From assembly GCF_964204645.1 (NCBI RefSeq), contig NC_134029.1, forward strand, positions 5,828,001 to 5,892,000: DNA of 64,000 nucleotides, written 5' to 3'. Positions within the stretch are counted from its first letter, which is position 1. The number at the start of each line of letters is the position of its first letter. Shown piece after piece: positions 29,543 to 41,100 of the stretch. The notes beneath the pieces were generated by a model. The model saw only the letters and a program-made list of their open reading frames with translations, was not told where the DNA came from and did no database searches. The translations under genes were made by a program, and so were the position numbers. The DNA comes from Tubulanus polymorphus. Taxonomy: Eukaryota > Animalia > Nemertea.

Positions 29543-31194
29543 TCGGTGGGCTTTAAACCGAAACTAACATACATCATTAGAAAAAAATCCTTCCGGTGAG
29601 ATTTCATTTTGATTACATACATGATTTTCGAGAAAATTAATTCAGCCAAATATTTGAGTTTTTTTTACGAAGTTGACTATTCAGAATGTATTACCCAGCA
29701 TCACAATATAATCAATACAAATATCGATATGACAAAATATATATCATCTTTCATAATATTTAATTTACAATCATCGTCATCATCATCAACTATTTTTAGG
29801 ATATATATTCGGTGGGTAAGTTTCGCTTCTCTGGTTGCCGTTGTATAACAAGTAACGGCTCGGTCAGAGAAAATAAATATTCGTTTTTATACTCGGTGGA
29901 ATACGTGCTTTATTCGCTATATGATACGTACATTCGGTGGAAATGAAATCACAAACAAATTTTGTATAATGATAATAATTCATTGTGATAATAATAATCA
30001 TTATAAACTAAGGTAAAAATATATATGTGTATATTCTAATGGTGATTATAGCAGTAAAATAAACAAATAGATTCAGATTTTGAGGCCTTGCCGGCTTCTA
30101 GTTTCATGAAGCAGGTTTTTCATTATGTATATAATCCATATTTTATCATGTTAAATGTGTCATATTGTAATCCTTTAATTCATGTATCATCAACAAACTT
30201 GTCTGTTTTTTATGATGAATAAATTGATCTTTTTTAAATTTGAATCTAATTGACTTATCATAATTGTTGGGATTCTCGCTTCAAGTCATTGGATCACGTG
30301 TAGCAGAGGAAATACTGTATTATTTTTATTCGGCGAGTGACTGCAGTGGATAACTAGCAGAGCCTCGTGCATGTGCTCGTGGTGAAATGATGCAAACCAC
30401 GTAAATAATTGAATAATTGTTGTCCAGAGTTCATTAATCAAGACGGATACCGACGCCATTGGGATTTCGGCAACTGGAGTGAACTATAGCAGCAAACAAC
30501 GTTTTGCCGCCAGTTACGCCTTCATATAGGAAGTTATAAGCGCAAGCACATGTCTGATGAAAATCCTCTGATATATATGTATTATCACAGATTTGAATTT
30601 GAAAAAAGAAAAAAAGAACGTGTCTTACAGTGTGTTCCAAACTACGATAAATGTGGAATACATGATACGCCGTGACGAACGCGACAATATATTCATCAGC
30701 TATACCTACGTAGATATACTAAAAATAATCATTAATCGTTTGGGGGTAATTAATTGCTGTTGATTAATTATTTACCACGTCGATACGTAAGTAAGTGATA
30801 TTTAGAATGAATATTTCACACAACGGGGTGTGTCAGACACATCAAACACATTCGACAATATTATTTCTATATTTACATATATATTTGTTCGTTTTGTGGC
30901 TCGACGTTTGTAGAGACTCTCAATCGTGTATATTGCACATTTTCCCGGCCGGCCTGAGACATAATCTTATTCACATTTTGCGTGTATTTATATCATGCAT
31001 TTACAATAGATATTTTCGTTACATATAATTGCACTGATATGTATCATATTTATATATATATATATTGTTTTGTACACGCTACGAGGAATGGTTAAGCGTT
31101 AATTGGCGTTGAATTATCACACATTCTTTATTCCACCGTATAGATTATAATTCTGAATGATGATTAATGCATTTTGATTTTGCTCGGAACAGCC
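29543..31194 (-). promoter_or_regulatory. Cluster of miRNA target sites (miR-278 x4, miR-375, miR-92 x2, miR-315 x2, miR-2/K-box x2) in the inferred Syt4 3' UTR
   Basis: The + strand reads as miRNA-like sequence, so the - strand mRNA is complementary. TCGGTGG(G) at 29543, 29809, 29893, 29934; TTTGTTCGTT..GGCTCG.CGTT at 30884; TATTGCAC..TCCCGGCC at 30931; AATTGCAC at 31027; TTTTGATT at 29607 and 31172; TATCACA(G) at 30583 and 31115. Confidence 0.75.
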
Positions 31195-32102
31195 AAGACG
31201 CGTTTCTTCTGAAATGCTTTGATGAACTCTCACTAACCCTTTAAGTAACTAACCCCAAATCGACCGCTCTTCTCAGTTCTTTTTGGGTTTTTTTTCGACG
31301 ACCGGATATTGTCGAGGAGGAATGGATCTGTTTGGCAAGCAGATTTTTAGAGAAAAAAAACGACAGAATAGAATATCCGGTTTCTTGAAGGAAGATGCGC
31401 GCACGATTTGTCGGCGGGGACTCATAGAAAAGATCGATTACGGTTCATTCGCCAGAAGTGGAATTAGCCAATCTTTTAATTTTGTCAAGCGAAAAAAAAT
31501 ATTTTCTCTAGATAGATCGTCTGGGCGACACGTATACGACATACGCCATATTTACAGAATTACATTACATATTTACATTTCACCATTTACTGCCCGAAGG
31601 AATATTTCTAAACAACCACTGTGTATGCGCTCAGCCCACCGTGTAACAAAATGTTCTGCTGTTTGTGATTTTTTACGACTTCTTTTCTAGACGACTTGAT
31701 TTACCGATAGTTTTGTTTTGGTTCACCCGACATAGACAACATAACGGCTCCATGGAAACGAAGATAGATATAAACACCGAGTTATGTTGTGCTTTGGATA
31801 TGTTATGTTTGAACTGATGGGTTAACAACACAGTAATATCTTAATGACTTCGCAATATATTGTCACCGGTGGTTAAGCTGGCGAATGATGGTCAACGAAA
31901 TAACCCGAAATAGCTTGGTGGAATTTTATAGTTAAGCCACAAACACTAGCCGTCTTAATCCTTCTTAGCAAAAATATACTCTAAAAGCGGTGAAGATCAT
32001 GTCAGTATATTTGTGGTGAAGTATCAACACCAAATCCAGAATACGTCTCTCAATATCTTTCGTTATAAATCCATGGAGTTGTTTTTCACCGCGAATTAGT
32101 AC

Positions 32103-35100
32103 TTATTCGCGTAATTTGTGCCATTCGGCGATCTGTTTTCGAGGACAGTTCATCACTTCGTTCCAATGTTGAGATTCCAAGCCTTCTTTGTTCAATCCGA
32201 TTTCCATGCGACCGATGACCTCGTTTTTGGCCACGCGATCCCAGTCCAACACGAGGAACTCGAACGATATGTTCTGCAAGCCCTCGTTGTACGGAACCTC
32301 GAATACGAACGATTCATTGAACACCGGATTTAGAGTTCGTTTCTTCACATGAGTTTTCTTTTTAGCGATTCTCTGGCCGTTGTAGAGCAAGTAGATTTTC
32401 ACGTATGGGTCTGAATTGAGAAATATTATATTTCAGAAATGAAGAAATAAATCAAACTACCCTTATGTATCAATTCATAATCATTTTTTTCTGTTTCTTA
32501 ATACTCTATATAGTGTAACGAAGTAAAACAATCAAAGAGCCTTAGCCTAGAATATACCGCCGTTTGATATCAAAATACCACAAAAATAAAAAAAATAGAA
32601 AAAAAATAGAAACTAAGTATTTCATTACCCGAAAGACCAGTTATGTCCATCTTAGGGAGATTTCTAGCTTTCAAGACGACAACTGTCAGCCTGTTAGCGG
32701 CTGGCTGATAGCAGACCGATACCAATAATTCTCCGCGTCCTTGACTTCGAATCTACAAAAACAAGAACAGAACAGATTTTATGTATCGATAATCGATGGT
32801 TTCGCGCACTCAAGTCGTCTGATCGTTTTCCGATAATTCATTTGTTTTCAAAACTACCATTTCAGACTGATGGGTTCATTATTGACGGGTTGATTTCGCC
32901 GAAGGCTCTTTTTGATGGAAATACACTTCTTAGTCGGTAAAACGATCAGTACATATTCAAATTAGTGAAAACAATTCATTAATTCTTCCGCAATTGTCAA
33001 ATTTTCGGGATCAAGTTCCACGATTCCAAGGGATTCGCGATTAAGGTTTTGAATTACGCGATTAAGAAGAGTTATATATTAGTCCCACAATCACGAAGCC
33101 GAAAACGTAAAATATCGTAACGTTAGAACTTATCAAAAATCCGGTTTTCAACTAAATTCCTTGAAAATGGTTTTTACTTAAACCGAAAACCGAAAATTCG
33201 GATTTTTGATAATAAATTTTACCTTACGATATTTTTACGTTATCGGCTTCGTGATTGTGGGACTAACATCTCTAACTCCTAACGGATTCCCTCCTCGTAT
33301 CGCGTGATAACCGGGTCTGATCTTTCTGGTTGATATAAAGCTATATTCTTATCTTTTTTAATGGTTTATTGGAAATATCCGCATGTAGGAACGTGTGACG
33401 CTTTTCCCATCAACGAAGTGTGTTATTTTTTGGTAGCTCGTTATAGAAGAGCTAAGTGCTGCCGCCGAAGGCTCCTTACTCGCTATCTGTTATCGTCGTA
33501 TTATGGAATATCATGGCGTTATTAATGTTCATTACGCGGTCATTCTTCCGTCGTGAATTGCGTCGTGATATATCGAAAGGCTATACGCGGAATTAACTTC
33601 GTTTTGCCGCAACTCTCTAACGAAAACCCGATATTCATATTAACCGCGAAACGAAATGAAAAGAAAAGCAACATCAAAGCTAGCCCCCGGATAGTCGTGA
33701 AATTGCCTGATCCCCGTAGAAAAAAAAGCCAAGTACTTTTTGTTCATCGTTTTCAGCCGATTAATCTTTTGATAGAAATTTGAATTTAATCATCTAAATG
33801 CTACCTAGATAAACTTAATTTAAAGTGAAAATGAAATTGCGGGAGTTTACTTCATATCTGTCAATGGTTGATCACTATTATTAAAGCCCAACGGACACAG
33901 GGAAACACGGAATCGTTGTTGCCGAAACCATGTTTCTCGTTTCTCGCAAAAGCATACGACACAGGGAAACGCTTAGAAAGATGTTTCTGTCTTATGTTTC
34001 CGTATTTCCCAGTGTCGTGTGCGTTGGGCTTTATGGAAGTATGAATCTGCGGTTTTGCAGTCGAAGGTCTTCTTAATGACGTTAATAATGGGTGGAGCAG
34101 TATGGCAGCCGATTGAATGTTTTTATCACGGTGAATCAGTTTGCGACGAAGATACTGAAAACGGTGTGGCGATAATAATAATTCCGTGCATCTTTCACCG
34201 ATCGATAATCAATGAGCTGTATGGAATTTCGGCAATTCCGCATGACGTATATCCATTACCGGTGATGGATGCCGAGAGAAGGACACAGTCTCGCGCTACT
34301 AATGGAAAACCTATAACGCATCAAACATTTTGTATCGACTTCGAAGTTTATGAATGCCCAACCCGAAATACGCGCAATATCCGCGCTATTATACTATAGA
34401 CTCATCCAGAAAAAATGGCCTCATTAATGAATCCCCTAATGACATCAAAAATTAATGTAGGGTCAGTAGCTTTACTCGATCTCAACTGTATCTGTGGTCT
34501 TACCGTTAGAAAATATTCATTCAATAGCCGTTAATCCGTATCTGTTAAGCTCTTTAAACCCTGAAACCACTCACAAAATCTTTAATGTATTCTATGAATT
34601 TCTTATTTCTTAAAAGTTCAATCAATCGACGCAAAACTGTCATCAGCAACGGGTTTGCATCGCAGGATGGAATTTCATCAATCAGTCAGATATGCGACCG
34701 CGTCACGCCCAGCAGACGTATTCTAGCGCGAATGAAAGCCGGATTTGTTAACACTGCTATCATAAAAAGAACGTCTAAAAAACGGCCGCGATAGGCATTA
34801 AAAGTCTTTTGTATGTAAGATTAGACTTTAATGCTCTGTAATAATTGACAAGATAGAAAGGTAATCTTTCTTTGTGACGACTCATTCAAAATCGAACATG
34901 CAAATGGATGTAGAAGATTGAATTAAGTTCCTAATGGGTTGTACGATAATCCTCGAGCGACTATCGATCAAACTTCTCGGATTCGCAGAAAGAAAATACA
35001 AATCGTTGTTGTCTTCCTAAAGTTTGGTTCATTCGGAAGGTTTTCTTAGATTTATATATCGAAACAAATGGATGACTGTTTACGATATAAGAACCAGGAA

Positions 35101-38100
35101 AACTGTATGTTAATATGGAGGGGAATTCAAGCTTGAAATATTATGAATCGAAAAACGGTTACGAAAAAAGAATCGAGACGAGAAATTAAATGATCGAGTC
35201 GCAAAGAAATGGCGGCACGCGGAGCAGCTTATCAATGTAATGTATGTAATAGGCTATCTTCAAGTCCTCTCATAAACCAATCAAGTCCGTTCAAGTAGCC
35301 GTCTTATTGCGACAGTTACAGCTTGTAACGTTAACGCCGCTATCGCCTGTTCCCATCAGCGCCAGCGACGCTAAAGTTTCTGTCAAAAGCAATCTCGTAT
35401 GCTCCTGTTTCCATGGCTACAAGTAGCGGATGATGTCAACATGAACGTCATGGAGTGGCAATCGGATGAAACACAGCTACGCCGTTCACTGACTAAAGTT
35501 TTTACTCATGTATTCATGTATTCATCCTTCATATTTTTATGGTCTCTTGATTTCAGATTTTTATAGAATCGATGAGACCGCAGTCCTGGCTATTTTGGAA
35601 AACCTATTTATATATTTCTATAGTCAGAGCACCGGTAGGTATTCCCCCGGTAGAAATAACAGGCTTCTGATGGCGTCATGGCGAATTCGCGTCATATCAA
35701 GCATTTGCATAAACCTGAAGTCGCTTGATCCATACGCAACTCAGACACACGGTCATAAAATTACCGACCGTCGCCCATACTAATTCGATTGTATACATGC
35801 GCGGTATGAGCCAGATCACACCAGCAAGCTAATCGAACTAATTCGATATTTACCGGACCTAGCTAGTTGAGTTTCGTTGTCATTCACGACTAACGTAATT
35901 TCTATATGGATCAATTATTTATATTTTCGCCGAGATGAAAGCTCTACGGTTTCCTTTCCACGCGATATCGCGCATGATTTTCTCAGTGCGACCGCGCGGT
36001 TGATTAACTGTATTATTGTTCATTACGAGAAACCCTCTTAAGTTTGTGAAGTCATAAATCTCGTCTGATCCCCCTCCAGACAAGCTAATTGTTTCTAATT
36101 AGTACGATTGAAATTATGGGAGCTACACCGGATAATCTTTCTGTTTGGGGGGGGGGGCGATGCTGTATTAGGCATCATTACTACGAATATCATTATCTCA
36201 AAACTTTGAAAATATTTTTGAAAATGTTAAATGTAAATTTCAGCCGAATTTTTCTTTCATTTCCATTCAAGTTCAAGTTCAAGTTCAAATTTATTTCACA
36301 GAAAGCATGACAGGCTATGTACACAGGTTGAGAGAAAACAAACAATAAAATTTACAATTTTTTTAAACAAAGCACAATTATAAAAGAGAGAGAGAGGACA
36401 GTAGCTTTCAGTGTGGGCCAAGCAAAGCCTTTAGGCCGCTGTCGCAAGCACCCAGGGAAAAAAACGAAAGGGAAATGAAGAAATAAAGTGGAAGGAAATG
36501 AAAGTTGATGATTTTTGATAATTTCAGGAGAGTTTATATGAGTAAGCTAGAGGGTTCAGGAGAGTGAGCAATTATAACAATTAGGGTTATTACATTGATG
36601 GATATCATTGTAGGTGGAGGTGAGATATGGTCTGAGTTTACGTTTTAAATTTTGTTTGCTTGTTTGTAGGATATCATTGGAAAAAGGTAGTTTTTGCCAG
36701 ATGTTTGAAAGAATGTTTTGAGGTGAATTTTGATGCGGGGTTGGCGGTGTTTGTTTTGAAAATAAAGAATATTCGACTCATTATTGCTCATTATAAGTTT
36801 TCATCAAAATTGATTATCATTGCATTGACGTAATGATATACAATATCCTGCATGTTTATTCAATATTCTTCTAAAGTATATCGCGTCATTGACGTCAACG
36901 TATATAAGATATTAGATGAAATTAGATAAAGTTATCTCTTACAGTTATTTCTTATTTTCAATTCTTATACAGATGGTATCATCCCCACCTCGTATAAAAG
37001 CGTTTCGCTTGTTGATGTTTTTCATTTGTTGATGGCACATTAATGCGATATCTGATTGAAAATTGGTCCACATTCGTGCCTCCATAGTTATTAGTCGTTG
37101 TCGTGTCGTTCCTTAATTTAGATTTATTCGTGACAAACAATGACGCTTAATCGTGTGTATTTTCGCGTCGAAACCATCTTAATCTAATAACTGCGGCACA
37201 CATTAATAGCTGACGTTCGTACGCGACACATCGCGTTTAATAACGTGAATTCAATTTCAATTCTACAATATTTATCCCTATTACAGTCACCCAGAAGTGA
37301 ACTTATGCTAATAGTGGCCTTATTGATTTTTGCGAATGTGTCGTGCGATTGCCGAAGTCTGGTACGGTATCGGGATAAGGGAATGGTATAGGAGCTAAAC
37401 GCCACCAGCTTATCTTCATTCATTTTCTTATATCTCGAGCCTATAACATCTTAACACTTTTATTACACATTTTACACGATAAAAATCAATATAAAGACGT
37501 ATCTGCTATAGGCCATGCCGTATATGAAAGAAAATCCGGTTTCCCGAATTGGGAACAATAATGTTTCAGATAGAAATGCATTGCACGTATTTGATTATTT
37601 GGTATATACTGACCTTATATTGTCTGGGTTGAATTTCTCTGTTAAGTATGATTTCCTTTTGAGACAAATCGAGCCCAGATATCGGGCAGACGACCTCCCC
37701 GATGATGTCATCTCGGGAGAAACGATCGAAACTCAGAATGACAAAGTGTAGCGTGATCGTCTGCAACTGATTATAACTGATGCCGTAAAACGTGAAAGTT
37801 TCATCGTAAAGAGGCGCCGTCGTTTTTCTGAGGACTCTGGTTTTTACTTTGTGTCGTTTTTCTGGAAGAAGTTGTAATTTTATGTACGGGTCCGAGCTAC
37901 CGATGCTCGGGTCTTTTTCGGGTAAATCCGTCGCTTTCACGACGGTCACCAATAACGCCGTTTTCTGCTTATCGTAATTGACGTTGAAATGTAGATTTCC
38001 GAGTTTCGTATTCTTCGTTTCGTTCTCGCCTTTCTCATTAGCATCTTCTTTTTCTGGTGATCCGATGCTTTCGGTTTCATCTTCGACGTAGCAATCCGGC

Positions 38101-41100
38101 GCTTTAACGACCCGCGGTTGGTCCCCGAGGGGCGAATGACTAGAACTCTTCGACACGTTACCGCTGCCCTTTTCACCGATAGTTGGTTGGGTATGGTACA
38201 TCGGCGAAGTCTCCTTGCTCGAAGACGACACCGGGCTTCTCAGGCTGGGACTCTTTCTCATAGAACCACCACCCCCTTGTTTTAGACCTTTCTTTATTGC
38301 TACTGATAAGCGATTTCTTGGTTGATTGGCTCGTTTTTGGTAGCACTTGTACGCGCATACCGACACTGTAAGCAATGCGACTAAACTTCCGACGCATATT
38401 CCCGCTATGGCAGCCGCAGGTACTGAAAGAAAGAAGATAGAAAACTGTTCACCGATGATGGCAATATTTTAGTTGAATAACGTGCATTTCAATGAAGTGC
38501 GCCGTTTCTATTTTTGGAATTCGCGTGGGATTTGCATAAATACTGACACCGCTGAAACCGAACACCTACTAAATGATTTAGTCACTTGATGCCGGTCGTG
38601 TCAATTCGTTTGATCATACACGTGAAACCCCCTGCGTAATCGTCACCAATTACGTATGTAACTATTAAACAAATGGCTGTAAATAGCTGCAAAAATTTTT
38701 ACCTACAAGCAGCGCTTTTAGATTGGTATTCATATGTTCAAAGGCCGGAAACTGATCGTCAAGGTTTTCTGGGAGCGCCTACGTAGCGCATGTACACGAT
38801 GGAACACGGTCTTTCTGCGCTGTCGTTAATAATAGATGGATGTTTTGAGATATTGCGGGCGATGCGAATCATCGTCCTGATATTACTTCCTTCCGCTGAA
38901 AGCCGCGATTGTTGCCGGCTGTGTCGATGTGACTTGATTCGATTGATTCGGAAGAAAATGCCGAAGAAATAACTTTTGGACTCGTGCACCATTCATTATT
39001 CGATCGAAATTGTCAAAGGAATTCTGCCATCGTAAAGCATTATTGACGGACGCTTTTAAAAGATTAATCAATTTTGCGAATTCTGTTTAAACTCGACGGT
39101 CACAAATCAGTCAACTGATGAAAAATTTTTAAATGGGTGCTTTAGGTTGGTGCTGCCGCTATGCACGTCATTGGCGGATTTTTCAAACACTAATGTAAAG
39201 CGGCTCTGGCAATCAACGTGCTGCGATTGCCAGAGTCGGTTCATATTAGTTCACGAAAAATCCGCTAACAATGAGCATAGCGGCAGCAATTTATGGTGCA
39301 GTGAGTAAAATAAGGTCTAGATCCTCCAATAGTATATGCATGTATTGTAAAATAGTATGTTGTAAATAACGTTTGTTATGTTTTAAAATGCTTTTTATTT
39401 AAGTTTTTGTAATTAATTGTAGATACCCTCTTTTCTCCCTACACCTGGAAATGGTTGGTGTTTAATAGATATTCGTATTCGTATTGGTAAGTAAGAAATG
39501 CGGGCCCGTTGCCGAATGATAAACACGTCACGTTTTTACATGCCGCCGATATTAGGAGAATATGAGAATAATTCATTCAGAAACTATATGCCTGCAAAAA
39601 TGTGCGTAGTAACGTTGTTAACTTCAAATTTGATGAAGAGTAACATTCAGCTAATAGTCGTGAAATGAGAAATTCAACGAAGCGCGCAGCTATCCCTTAA
39701 TGATGATTAAAGCAACGAGCATGCGGCATCAGCGCCGCGCGCCCCGGCTCTCCAAACACAACGTTTTTCTCTTTGATTCGATATCGACAAATTAAATAAT
39801 CGATAATGTACTGAAAGGCAATTTTAGATATTAGGCGATAGCGCAAACTAGAAGTAGAATATTACGATAAACGATGTCGAGGGAAAGATGTCAAATTTCA
39901 TTCACGTTGCCAATAGTCAGGGTAATATTTCCCATTTCACTTCAACCTTAGTTGTTACTTGGCACGTCTTTAATCAAGTTATTCGCCGGCCGACATCGTA
40001 CGTCATATTGGCCGTCAAACGGCCGTCAACTGTGGCATTTTATCGTCGTGAATATTTCCTCAATAAAGTTGAAATAAAGTTTCGTGCTAATTGCTAATCG
40101 TCATTCTTTTAGCACGGAGACGCGTACATTGATTTATGAAGTTAAACATTTCGAAATTGTGATGCGAGATATGAAAATATTGGAATATTTATTCAACGCT
40201 CTATTTGTTTGCGCGCATTTCAATTCATCGATCTAGAATTATTTACCTACACTAATCAATAACGGCAGTCAATTTATGTCGAACAACGAATATTCATTAT
40301 CCCAGAAAACAGACATCAAAGCAATTTCCATTCAAAACAATTCTTCTCAAATATTGTTTTGTTAATTAATTTTTTCTATGTTAACCCCCGATATTTCTCT
40401 CTGATTTTAGTAGATTATTCATCCAAACTTGTCGGCAATTCTAGGGCCTATTTCTACTTATTCATTTATTTATTTCTTTTGATGTATATATATTTCACAA
40501 ATTAGAATAAAAGGAACTACTTATTTAAAGTGTTTCACGTAAAACGATGGTTGATAAAAACAACTAAAATTCATTATTTTCGGAAGAAAACGAAATATTT
40601 CTCCTTCATTCGCAGATTGTACTTATTGTGTAAAACCTGTTAACGATTGCATTTTTTATCTCCGTTATTCGGAATATTTGGAATAAAGAACATTCACACG
40701 TAAACGAAAATTCTCCCGCAGAACAAACTAGGATTCATCTTCATTTTAGTTTCAGTTTATCCCTATTAGGTTGCACAAATAAACACCTTCTGATACGAAG
40801 ATGAAAAATGAACATTTCTAAAGCTATTTTTGTCACGTTTACCCAACAATTTGGTTAATCAATTTGCCGTCGCTAAGTGACGTGATCTCATATTATCATC
40901 GTCTGCATGCGGCCTACGCACACCTCATCAACTAACAAGGTATCATCTCATTTTCAAATATCATCTTTCAAACGCATCACTCTAAGTCATTATTCTTATT
41001 CATTATGAACTTGAATACATGTGAAGACTTTTGAATTGTCGAAAAATTGTTTTTGAATTTCGCATTATTAACCAATTGCCATTATAATCGATGTTGAAAT

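Noticed and set aside
30884-31194. Reading the miR-375/92/315-like sequences as miRNA genes on the + strand
   Set aside because: I found no complementary star arm beside any of them, and the differences concentrate at the centre, as expected for target sites on the opposite strand.
36890-36897. Perfect CRE (TGACGTCA) in a Syt4 intron
   Set aside because: One or two copies of an 8-mer are expected by chance in 64 kb (another is near 61975), and it is far from the promoter.
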